A DNA stretch of 64,000 bases. Origin: Octopus sinensis (taxonomy: Eukaryota). Where the stretch lies: the NCBI RefSeq assembly GCF_006345805.1, contig NC_043008.1:4712001-4776000 (forward strand). Direction: 5' to 3'. The notes under the pieces were generated by a model that searched no databases, was not told the origin of the DNA, and saw only the letters and a list, made by a program, of their open reading frames with translations. Shown here piece after piece: positions 51,431 through 64,000 of this stretch (position 1 is its first letter; each line of letters opens with the position of its first letter). Made by a program: the position numbers and the translations under genes.

Positions 51431-52458
51431 ACAAGTGTGTCAGTTGTTCTTCACCACGTTTTGTAGAGACCCCCTCCCCACACTCTTTTAAATAGTTGTC
51501 ATGGTTAGTGCCCACCTAAGTGATGAGTGACGTGTCATGACTAAACTAACTTAACATGAATGATGATTTATAAATTTTACTCTAAATAAGGATTGTATAA
51601 GCTTTTTCATTGAAGTCATAAAGAATGAATAAAGACAAATTTGTAAAATTTACTTAAAACATCACAAGTTAATGATTTCCTTTGCCTGATGAAATCTCAA
51701 TTTTTTTTAACGACTATTACTAGTGTTATGATCTATAATGTAATTAATACTATAGGTAAAATTTAGCATGTTAATTATGTTCCCTCACCCCCAAAGCCTA
51801 ACTCCCCCCTTGACATGCCCAGTACCCCCTTGGGGCTGGTACCTCCCACATTGATAACTTCTGTTATATGTAGATATTATATTTGTTTGAGGCATGCATA
51901 AGTGTTGAAAAATATTGAAAAATAGATTTTGCTGAGTAATTATCAAAATAGGAGATTGGAAAAATATTTGGTATTATTTATTCGGTATTACATGTGTTTC
52001 ATTTCCCAATAGGAGTTACAAAGCTGTACCTTTAGTACAAACATGTAGGACATCTTCAATTATAAATTCCTCTAACAGAGAATGTTCTACATGTTCATTC
52101 TGCAGGTTTGTATCTCCAATTGGCAACTGAAATCTGAGTAATGCTGAATAAATGATACCAAAGTTGTTTTTTTTCCATTTCCTGTTTTGAAACATCATCA
52201 TCATCATTTAACCTATGTTTTCCATGCTCGCATGGATTGGAGCATTTGATAGGAGCCACACCAGATCCTATTGTCTGTTGGGCATGGCTTCTACAGCTGG
52301 ATACCCTTCCTAATGCCAGCTGCTTTACATTGTGTACTGGGTGCTTTTTACATGACATCAGCACCAACAGGGTCACCAAGTGCCTTGCAAGACAAAACTC
52401 TTCACCTGAGTGGGGTGCATAGTAACCTACTGGGTGCCAGTTGATTTATATATAAACA

Positions 52459-52657
52459 AAATACAACAGGGTATGAAAATATCACTTGCTACATACTGAG
52501 CCATTATTGCTCTCAAACCACAAATATACGCATTCCTTACTTCCGTAGTTCATACAAGGTAAGCGCATTTCTGCTATGTTTAATTCTGAGTAATTTGTGG
52601 TTTTAGAGCAATGGCTCTGTTTATAGTAAGTGGTATTTTAATACCCTGTTGTATTTT
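52459..52657. repeat. Short inverted repeat, MITE-like or fold-back
   Basis: aaatacaacagggtat...aaaccacaaat (about 52459-52527) mirrors atttgtggtttt...ataccctgttgtattt (about 52593-52657). Confidence 0.7.
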
Positions 52658-55454
52658 ATAAACATTTTACCTATAAAGGCATAAACTTGCTGACCACTTT
52701 ATTATTATCATTTTATTATTGATAATGGTAATGATATCTATTTAACTTTAAATTATATATATATATGTATGCATAAACTTGTGGCTAAGCTAGAAGGCAC
52801 TTGCCCATAGTAGGATTGAATCCAGAAATATATGATTACAAAACAAATTTTTTAATTCTGTTAAATGCTGCAGGTATGGCTGTGTGGTTAAGAGGTTTGC
52901 CTCCCAACCACAAGGTTTTGGAGTCAATCCCACCATATGGCACCTTGGCCAAGTGGTTTTTTTACTATAGCCTTGTTAGTAGATTTAGTTGACAGAAACT
53001 GAAAGAAGCCCATTGTTGGAGACAGGTAAGGACTGGCAACAGAAAAATCATTCAGCTACAGAAAATCTGCCTCAGTAGACTTGGTCCAATCCAGGCAAAC
53101 ATGGCAAAGTGGACTCTAACACGATGATGAGAGTCATTTCTGCCTGACTGGTATTAATTCATCAAGTTAATGAGGATAAAAGAGAAAGGCATTGTGTTCT
53201 GCTATAACTCCAACCTGATCAAAGGCTTGTAAATGGATTTAGTAAATAGAAACTGAAAGAAGCCCAATGTATACATATGTGTGTATATATGTGTATGTAA
53301 GTGTGTGTGTGTGTGCATCTCTTTGTCTTGACTTCACATATTAGATGTAAATGAGTGTCACTGTTATACAAGCAGTGCCGTACATTTCTAATATTCAGTG
53401 AAACATCTTGATATGGAGAAATATTACTTTATTTGGATACAGGTGAGGGTTGGCAACAGGAAGGTCATCCAGCCATAAAAATCTGCCTTAACAAATTCCA
53501 GCTGACCCATGCAAGGATGGAAAAGTGGTCATTAAGTGATGATGATGATCATCATCATCATCATCATCCTTTAATGTCCATTTTCCATACTAGCATGGGT
53601 TGGCTGGTTTGACTGGGGACTGGCAAGTCGGGGAGCTTCACCAGGTTCCAGTCTGATTTGGCTTGATTTCTGCAGCTTGATGTCCTTCCCAACATCAACC
53701 CCATTACAGAGTGTGCTGAATGTTTTTCATGTGGTGCCAGTACACATGCTTTCTACATGGCATCAGCACAGGGCCCTTGCAGGCCATTCCTTTCCATCAG
53801 CAGCCAGTGGCCTTAACACTTCTGCTGTGGAGGTCAGGTCCTCCTGAGTACAATGATATCAAATACCAAAGAAGATGAATTATTGGTTTGTTGAAATTAT
53901 TTTTCCTTCAAAAGAAGAGCAAACTATTTCCTTGTAGCATGAGAAGAGAAGGATCACCTCAAGGGTCAAGCAGGCTCCAAAATAGACATTAAAGAAAAGT
54001 CCAGTTGGATTGTTTGAGATTAGGAAGACAGCTATGGGCTCATGCTTCTGTCTCAGTTATTTAATGAAGCTGGTTAATTGCTTTTAAAATTAATGAGCAA
54101 TTAGCTGTAATACAACTCTGAAGCCAGATTAGCATGACACAATATGTAATAAAGTTGGATTCTTAAGTTGCTGCTACACTCTGTCTGATAAGCTTCAGCA
54201 CAGTTTGTGTCTGCTTACTTGCATTGGTTAATCCAAAGCTAGGTAGGGGCCACTTGCCTATACTGTGACACTGTGATATCAAACCCTGAACTTCATATTA
54301 CAAACCAAACTCAGCCATAACCTTCCATTTAGCCATGTCTGGTGATTGTTGAATTTGCCTCCCCAGTTTCAGCATGAAACCAGTTGATTACAACATAAAT
54401 TGGTTGCCATGGGACTGTAACATATTCTTTAAGTGGTTACACTTACTTGCGTGTGGTCATGTTAAGGCAGTAGTTTCTATAACAGAGTCAATTACACTGA
54501 CCCTAATTCTGTTGACCATGGGGGTGGGATAAAATGCAAAATGGGCCTCTTTACTTTCTATATTCCAAGGGTTTTGAGCATAGAAAGTAAAGAGACATAA
54601 TCGGAATTGCTTCAGTGTTGAATGGAATATCTTGTAATATTTCCGGTCCCGTACCAAAGCAGGGGGCTGACTCAGTCATTGCAATACCAGCAAAAGGTTT
54701 AGCAGCACTTTCTCTAGCTTCACATTCTGAGTTCAAATTCCTCCAAGGTTGACTTGGCCTTTCATCATTTTGAGGTTGACAAAATAAGTACCAGTTAAAT
54801 ACTGGAGTTGATGTAATCGACTTACCCCTCCCCCTCCCCAACTTACTGGTCTTGTGCCAAATTTTGAGACAAATATTTCATCAAAAGCTCTGTAAAGATT
54901 CTTCACATGTTTGTGAAGGTGTGTTGCCAGTGGTTTAAGTGTAGAACTCACGGTCATAAGATCATGGTCTCAGTTCTTGGACTGGATGGTGTGTTCTTGA
55001 GCAAGACACTTCATTAGACACTGCAGAAAGCAGGTTCAACTCTGGCTTTATGGGTCCTGGGGTTCAAGGTTAACATAACCTGTACATACATATCCATGCA
55101 TACAAACACACATGCACATAGATATGACAATATACACACACACACACAAATATATATAAGGAGTATTTATAAATAAACAACACATACAAATATACTCAAG
55201 TGCACACCTTACACATACAGAGAGATGGACAAACCTACATATATATATATTTATATGTTTATTTATTTATGTATTTATTTATTATTAACAATTATTTCTG
55301 TTAACCCTGATATTATCCTGTTGTTGTTATTTTTCTTATGCTCTTGTTATTATTTGTGAATTATTTTTCTCCAAATTATATTTTACCTTGTTCTCAGCCC
55401 AATTCACATCTAATTATTTGCTTTTTTTTTCTTTTCTCGCATCTGCATGCACAG

Positions 55455-55478
55455 CTACAACCAACAATATCCGACGCG
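55455..55478 (+). CDS. 24-nt microexon (ATTNNIRR) probably following the Ig exon of the same gene
   Basis: Polypyrimidine tract and gcacag acceptor end at 55454, strong donor gtaagc starts at 55479; phase 1-1; joined to the Ig exon it reads ...VLN-ATTNNIRR, resembling the short post-Ig linker I recall from molluscan zig-8-like proteins. Confidence 0.75.
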
Positions 55479-55777
55479 GTAAGCAAAACCTTTTCTGTTC
55501 CTTTGCATCGAATTTTCATTTGTTTTTATTTTTATTTTCATCTTTATTTTCCGCATGGGACTTTGTTTCATTCATTTCTATATTGTGTTTTCTTTTTTGT
55601 TTGCATTGAAATTTTACCTCAGTTATCCCTCCTTCGTAAATTTTGCTTTTTTTTTATATTCCCCTAAAATATTTAAGTTATAAAATTGCTTCTTAAAATG
55701 GGGGAGGTTGAAAGCATTTTCAGTTAACAACTACATTGGTATATATATACATACATACATACATGTATGTATGTATG

Positions 55778-55818
<41 letters not shown>

Positions 55819-56083
55819 GTATATATAAACATACATAGTGTGTGTATAGAATGTTTTTATATATATTATATATGTATATGTACACATATATGTATGTATG
55901 TTTGTATATATATATGTGTGTGTATATATATATATATATACGCATGCACACATATATATGTATATATAAACATACACACATAGTGTGTGTAGAGAATGTT
56001 TTTATATATATATTATATATGTATATGTACACATATATGTATGTGTGTATGTATGTATGTTTATATAGTTTTGCCATACATCA

Positions 56084-56655
56084 TGGGCTGGGCATGCACC
56101 TGGGCTGACCATCAATGATGGCCACTGAGGTCATTAGACATTTTGGGTCTTTCAACATAACACTTCCTCACTCGAACAACCCAGCTGGGATTGATCAAGC
56201 CCAGGGTTGTGTCCTGTCAGCCCCTCCTCCTTCACCACCTCATGATCCACAGCCACCTTCAAGCATCCTCTGGCTTCCAATGACTGGCCTCTCTGATGCC
56301 CAGTATGTTGTAGGCTCTGCAGAGAGATCGGCCTGCAAACTTTGAGCATCCCACCTTAATGGGATCACACCTTGCATGCTACCTGCTCAGCATATTACAT
56401 TTATTTTCTCTCGTTTACCTCCTTAATTCGGGTCTCCCAGGGAATGAAGAAATCTAATAGAACCATGTGCTTGGATGCTTCCAAGGTCAGCACCATTTCC
56501 AGCCTTAGTGATGATGCTGCAGTAACAGTTTCTGGAAACTTCAGCTAATTCCCCAGAGTGATTTCCAGCTCCCAGGCTTTTACTGCTGCATGTAGGCCTG
56601 GGGAAACAAACTTGGCAGCTACCACTGTTTTCACACCAGTGCTACAAAGGTGTTA
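56084..56655 (-). mobile_element. Decayed 3' end (RLE domain and UTR) of a HERO/NeSL-like retrotransposon
   Basis: Reverse translation pieces LKFPE, LRLEMVLTLEASKHMVLL..IPWETRIKEVNERK, FAGRSLCRAYNILGI, RWLWI. Confidence 0.75.
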
Positions 56656-56792
56656 CCTGTATAAATGCATAGATACACACATATATATATTTACATAGAA
56701 GACATATATATGTGCATTTGTGTATCTGTGTGTGCGTCTTTCTCTCTATATGTATATATGTTTGCGTGTATATATACATATTGTGTGGTATG

Positions 56793-56841
<49 letters not shown>

Positions 56842-57811
56842 TGTATATAGATATATATGCATGTATGCATATATTGTGTGTGTCTGTATGGATATATATA
56901 TATATATATATATATGAGCATATATATATTGTGTATATATGTGTATAATTCTTGTATATAGATGTCTGTATATATATATATATATATTATATATATATAT
57001 ATATATTACAGTCACCCACAAATATATAAGTTTGTATAATAAATATGTGTATGCTTGTGTGTGTGTGTCTGTGTGTATTTTTATTATGAATATCTCTTCT
57101 ACAATGATAAGAGCTTTTCAAGTCTCACAGCTTTCATGAAAGCTACATGGTTTTTATATCTGTACTCTACAGACATCGTGGGAAATGAAACATCAGTTTC
57201 ATCATGGGATTTATATTTAAATTTTATATAATTTATATATCATTTATTATATACTCTACATTCTAAAATGTGTTGAGTTCTTTTTCTTTGTTTTTTGCTA
57301 GATAACTGTGTTTGTGTGCATATATATATATATATATATATAAAGATCTTTTATAGATTAAGTTTGCCATACCTCTCCTTCCTATATATATATATATACA
57401 CTCACACACACACACACACACACATACACACACACACACACATCTATACTTATCCATTCAAGCAGCTTATTGCAATTTAATGAAGACAATACAAATTGCA
57501 AAATGAAACACATTCTCACTTTGGAAACAGTGGTGATTGAAATTATTTTATGTAAATTGATAATTCCCCTTACAAAGAAAATTTTTAATCACCATAATTT
57601 TCTAATTCATGCAGAATTCACAGATGTTTACATGTTTAGCACTATGAAATCACACTTCCTAAATTTTACAGAAAAATGGGTGGGTTTGTTGGTCAGCACA
57701 CTTATCATGAAAATAAGAGGTGTGGGTTTGATCCCTACACATATTGATACCCTTCTTTTTTCATGATGGGGATTTATATGCCCTTTTGCTACACTATTTT
57801 CTATAGTCATT

Positions 57812-57922
57812 ATACAGCAACAGGACCTCCGTAATGCCATGATGGACCGTGAAGTCTGGCGTAGCATGGTAAATTCCATTGTCTCGACCACGGTCGAACA
57901 GTGATGATGATGATGATGATGA
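57812..57922 (+). mobile_element. Very short RTE-type LINE 3' end with (TGA)n tail
   Basis: QQQDLRNAMMDREVWRSMVNSIVSTTVEQ* then tgatgatga; CpG-rich relative to flanks. Confidence 0.65.
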
Positions 57923-58696
57923 GGGCTTTTAATTCTGTTTACAAAAAAAGTTTCAATTGCCACCATTTCCTAATTCATACAGGATTTGCATATTTTCAGT
58001 TTATTTTCAGGCATTTTTTTTTAATAGATATAATATTCTAATTAGGGGACAATAAATGTAATTATAAGAAAATGCATATTCAGAAGATAAAAGAATTAAT
58101 TTTTATCCAAGATTATATGCAATATCTCAAAAATATCTAATAATGTCTCCATTTACATAGTTCATCATGCCAGTTCCAATTCTTTGGCTTAAGGGGAGCT
58201 GCAGTTTGTAAAAGATACTTTTATGACACAACATCTTTTATAACCAACATGTATTAAACACAAACAGCAACACATATGACCCTCTCTTTCATTTTTATAT
58301 AACGGACAATCCAGAAAATCTTTTAACTGTACATTGCTTGTAGTTGTGGGAATCAGTGCTTTAGTGTTGTTAGCTACAATTATTTCTAATTTAAGCATAA
58401 GACTGAGGAGAAAGACAGTTTATTCCATTCGGTCCAGTACTATATTGGTTCTTTATTGACCCTGGTGGGATGAAAGGTAAAATTGACCTCATCAGGATTT
58501 GAACTCAAAACACAAAGAGCCATGACAAATACAACAAGGAACTTTTTTCTGATGCTCTGCTGATTCTACTGAATTACCAGTCTTTTGTTTGCTACAGTAA
58601 AATTCTTTCTAAGATAACTTTCATTTTCCTCCCTTAGTACATATCAATTTAGTGTCCTAAATATCCATTATAATTGTTACTAATTGAATACAATGA

Positions 58697-58734
<38 letters not shown>

Positions 58735-59228
58735 GTCCGTCCGTCCCCAGAGCAGGTTTTAACTGATTTTAAGCTTTATTCATTAACAAATGACCATTGA
58801 TCAAATGCACAAGTTTGTATTTACTGAGTTGCCTTTTGAAGACTAAGCAATTTTAATGTATCAGTCCTAAGTATTATTGTCTGCAAATATAACGCATAAT
58901 TATTTTTGCCAATTTCTTTGCAAAATGTTATATTTCAACATTTATTCTGCTTTTGTTTGGTTTTTCTTTTTTTTCTTTTTTCAACTAATAATTTTTTTAC
59001 CAATTTGTCTTTCAACAAGTTTGTTTTTCTAGGAATATGTTTTTCTACAAATATAACTTTGACAAATTATGTTTCTTCTAATAATTATTTTGATAAATGT
59101 TCTCAATGAACATACCTAGAATCATATCAGTATATTTGTGTGTGTGTGTGTGTGTGGATGTAGATGTGTGTGTGTCAATGTGTATTTATGAATAAAGTGT
59201 GTGCGTGTATATATTTATGTATAAAATG

Positions 59229-59271
<43 letters not shown>

Positions 59272-60177
59272 ATGTGTGTGGAGATGTGTGACTTATTGGT
59301 TAGTGTATTGCAGCCATGATGGTAAGGTTGTGGCTTTGATTCCTGGACCAAGTGCTGCATTATGTTCTCGACCAAAACACTTCATTCCACATGGCTCCTC
59401 TCCAAACAGCAAAAATGAGTGTTCCTGTAATAGGCTGGTATCCAACCCAGAGAAGAAATATCTCCACACAGTCCAAGAAACCAGCTTTATGAGCCTAATG
59501 CTTGGAAAACACCTTCGATCCTATTTTTGTATATATAATATAATCATATATATATATATGTATTTATATGTATATACATATATATATATATGTGCATGTA
59601 TTTATATGTATATGTGAAGGTGTGTGGCTTAGTGGTTAGGGCATTTGGTTCACGATCCTAAGGTCATGAGTTCAATTCCTGGCAATGTGTTGTGTAATTG
59701 AGCAAACACTTTATTTCATGTTGCTCCAGTCCACTCAGCTGGCAAAAATGAGTCGTACCTGAATTTCAAAGGGCCAGCCTTGTCACACTCTGTGTCATGC
59801 TGAATCTCCCTGAGAACTATGTTAAGGGTACACATGTCTGTGGAGTGCTCAGCCACTTACACGTTAATTTCACAAGCAAGCTGTTCCATTGATTGCATCA
59901 GCTGGGACCCTCATTGTCATAACTGATGGAGTGCTCTTATCATGGCCTCATTGTCGTATATACGTATATATATGTATGTATTTGTATATATATATGTACA
60001 TACATTATATGTATATTTATATGTATATATAAGGGCATCCAGCTGTAGAAACTCAGCCAGATCAGACTGGAGCCTGGTGCAGCCTCCTGGCTTCCCAGAC
60101 CCCGGTCAAACCGTCCAACCCATGCTAGCATGGAAACCAGACGTTAAATGATGATGATATATTTATATATATATATT

Positions 60178-60233
<56 letters not shown>

Positions 60234-60500
60234 AATATATATGTATATGTGTGTGTATGTATAAGTATATATGCATATATATATAAATATGTGTGTGTTC
60301 ATTATGTATATATGTATATATATGTATGTGTATATCGTTTAGCATCCGTTTTCCATGCTAAAACAAATTAAAAAGGGTGGCTTATTAGTAATTAGAACCT
60401 GAAGGCAAACTGAACAGAGGTCACAAAATTGACAGAAGGTACTGTCTAACACCACTTTTGCTAAAGATAAGAGTATGTGTATGTGTATATATGTGTGTGC

Positions 60501-60543
<43 letters not shown>

Positions 60544-61120
60544 ATATATATATAATGTATGTATTATGTATATATGCATATGTGCCTGTATCATTCATTC
60601 TCATTCATTTATTTTACATTCTTTTCTCCATGCTTGCGCATGTTAACAAATATGTTATTGCTTTACAACTGGATGCACCCTGTCACTGTGTTTATGTGAG
60701 TGATCTCTTGTGCCACTTTTGCCTTTCGAGGCACAAAGCAAGGGATTCATTTGTAGACACAAGAACTTATAGGACCTAAAATTTTAGGTTGTGCAATCTC
60801 TGGCAAAGCACCTGTCTGATGTCCAGTCAAGTAAGAGGGGTGCCACAGCAAGCATGAAAGCTTAGATACATATATTTTTATACACATACACTTTATATGT
60901 ACACACACACACGCACACACACATAAGTGTATTTAAACTGTTGGCTTCTTTATTACTTGTGAACATCATGCTACTAATAAAAAGAAAAAAATTATCCGCC
61001 TGCCAATCACGATAGCATGAAACTTGAGTTGTGAGGAAAAAATTCAGTTTGAATAAGCAATATATTTTACATAATATATCGAGTCCTCTGTTGCTGTTTT
61101 GTTGACAAACTTTAATTGTT

Positions 61121-61169
<49 letters not shown>

Positions 61170-63582
61170 AGAAAAGGAGCTAGAAAATCAGTGAAAGAGA
61201 AAAAGATTCATTTTGAAGAAGTTGAAACTTGTATGCGTTACTGGCAGAGAAAGAAAAGGGATGACTAAGAAGGAAGAGAGAAGAGAAAGAGGATTGCTTC
61301 CTTTTTATTTTCCTCTGAAAATAATTTATGAAATGCCTCACCCTCTGCCCATCTGCTGACATTAGTTCTCTGTAACTTAATGCCATTAAGTGTTCCCTGA
61401 TGATCCATTCTGGTTAAGCACCCAAATGCACTTGGAACATCCAGTGCAAAGTTCCAAGCAACTATAATGGTGAAATGTACGTAGGGACTAATAATATAAA
61501 CTCACCATGTAGAAAGCACTCTGTCCATTCTGCTGGGAGGTTGGTGTTAGGAAGGGCATCCCATCATAGAAACCCTTGTCAAAACAGACAGCAAAGCATG
61601 GTACAGTTTTCTGCCCAGTCAGCTCCTGTCATACAATCCAACCCAAGCCAGCACGGAAAGCAGGCATTAAATGATGACAATGATGATGTTGATGATGATG
61701 ATTTATATATAGAAAGAGAGATATACTTTTTATTAAAGCAGCAAAAAGTATATTACTCTACCTTCGTTATTTGAGTACTATTTTTTCCACCTTGTTTTGC
61801 ACTTATGTACTCACCTGTGTGTATATATATATATATATATATACATACATATAGTCATAGGGAGAAGGGGGGAAGGAGAAAAAGTGAGTGTGAGAAAACA
61901 GATGTTATAGACTTGTTAGATGGTAGCATCACTGACTTGATAGTGATGCTGTTGTCTAACTGCATCCTACTTTACTAACTTACTTAAGGCTGTACAAGCT
62001 TTTTGAATTTGTGGATTAACTCTCAGCCTTAGAGATCCATTAGTTGACAATGTGATCTCAAGCTACAAAGCTGTATCGCCAACTGCTTATCTGGTGTTAA
62101 TGTAGAGCTCACCTGGTGCAGGTGTTAACATTACTTTTGTTGTTTGTTTTGTTTTGTTTTTTTATTCATTACATCACATGCAACACATGCAGCTGGCATC
62201 CTATGATGTATGAGTTTCCATTTTAAAAAATCTCTGATCCACATTTTCCATATTAGCTGCAGACTCCATGATTTAGATACTCTAAAGCAGCATTTCTCAG
62301 CCAGGGTTCTCTGGAACCCTAGAAAGAGTGAGATAAGCTAATGCTAATTTCGTGATCGTAATATTACTATAGATGCACAACATATCATTGGTTATTGTAA
62401 TATTGTAATCTAGACATCATCCTATCTAACCTATTATGTTATCAAAAATACATAACTACTGGGGATATATTTAGTGATGTCTGAATTTCATGCACACCTT
62501 ATATATATATATTATATAATTAAGGATAAGATCATTAATTTAAATATCAATCGTATCAAGTGGCCAGCATGGGAATAAAAACCTTCAAAGGTAATAATTA
62601 TTATTAAAATTATAATTTAGGGTATCTGAGAGATACCACCACACTGGAAATAGAATAAATGTCCTTGTCTTAACTTGTACTAATTATCAAATAAACAAAT
62701 AATTATATGAAAAATATATTTAAAAAATACGTGTATTAACTATAAATAATTGAAAAGCATTTAATGTATGGATGATAACTTTTCCTTTCACATCTGCAAA
62801 ATATTGTTTGTGCTGTGCATAACAAAGCAGAAATCCAAACTTGAACTGTGGTGACATAAGCAACGAATGTCATTCCACATATATACAAAACTCAATCATT
62901 CCTCTGAAGATGCTGGTTTTATTTACATAAACCTATATGTGAGGATAGAGACTTGGAATGGATCAAGTGCCACCAGGTTAAAAATTCTCAAGACATACTG
63001 CATGCTACAAAAGCTTCTTCAGATTTGAGATTCCAGAGAAAGAAGTGGGAAGAGCAGAGAGAGAGAGAGAGAGAAAGAAAGAGTTAGATAGAGAGAGAGA
63101 GAGATGGATGCACAAATGCACTTACAGATATATGCACATACAAATATATTACACTTGCGTGATGTAGGGTGTCTGTGTGTGGGTGTGTGCATGCAGGATA
63201 GTCATTGCTCTCATATAGGAACAATGGAAGGTACCAACAGAATCTGGGCAGAGTTCATAAGATCAGACATCAAGATGATGAATCTCACAGACCAAATGAC
63301 AGAAAAACGAAGAGTGACAGGCTTTTCTAGTTCACCTCAGCATGGAAAAGGGAAAGAAACCTGTTAAAATAATTCTGACATCCCTGGCAATGGTTTGCTC
63401 TTCTGTTTACATGGGTTAGAGACAGGCACAGTTATATGGTTAAGAAGCTTGCTTCACAACCACATGGTTTCAGGTTCCGAGTTCCACACTGTTGCACCTT
63501 GGACAAATATCTTATTCTATAGCATCTGGCTGACCAAAACCTTGTAAGGGGATTTGACAGACAGAGCCTGAAAGAATCTGCA

Positions 63583-63692
<110 letters not shown>

Positions 63693-64000
63693 TAGTGTGT
63701 TGGTGTCTTCACATTACATGATAGTTGTAAACAAAGTGTCACCATCATACGAAGGATGTCGTTTGTTTCCAATATTCTGTGAAGGCATGCCTGGCCATGG
63801 AGAAATATTATCTTACCTGGAAACAGGTGAGAATTGACAACAAGAAATGCACCAAGCTATAGAAAATTTGCTTCTACAAACTCCATCTGAGACATGTAAG
63901 CATGGAGAAGTTAATGTAAAATGATGACCATGATGCTCATGATAGATTTCTTGATGTAGATTAGGGTTAATAAGTTTCCATATTGACCAGTGGTTCTTAG

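Noticed and set aside
55810-56065. Tandem duplication of about 145 bp
   Set aside because: Mostly TA/TG low-complexity sequence; ordinary slippage or local duplication.
62901-62960. cctCTGAAGAtgc as a hammerhead core
   Set aside because: No stem II followed by GAAA at a suitable distance.

Overview
AT-rich, microsatellite- and SINE-dense animal genomic DNA; the repeat repertoire looks like an octopus or other coleoid cephalopod (inference from recognised repeat sequences, not checked by search). Most of the window appears to be intron of one plus-strand gene for a zig-8/Dpr-like Ig-domain protein. I can support a 288-nt phase 1-1 Ig exon (7902-8189) and a probable 24-nt microexon (55455-55478, ATTNNIRR), separated by about 47 kb. 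The intron holds decayed RTE, R4/Dong-like, HERO/NeSL-like, Jockey/CR1-like and Penelope retroelement pieces, two Tc1/mariner remnants, a Helentron/DINE-like element and many SINEs. The most notable signal is a set of non-coding elements carrying minimal type I hammerhead ribozymes (HHR), clustered around a Penelope RT/GIY-YIG remnant at 43-49 kb. The clearest is a very young insertion (43147-44326, 14-bp TSD) built from tandem and inverted copies of a 362-bp unit carrying a U3-A8 variant HHR with a palindromic stem III, which looks like a retrozyme or Penelope pseudo-LTR array. At least three further, sequence-distinct HHR-like families occur, one fused to a tRNA-like Pol III head. All calls come from reading the sequence by eye; no search or folding program was run.
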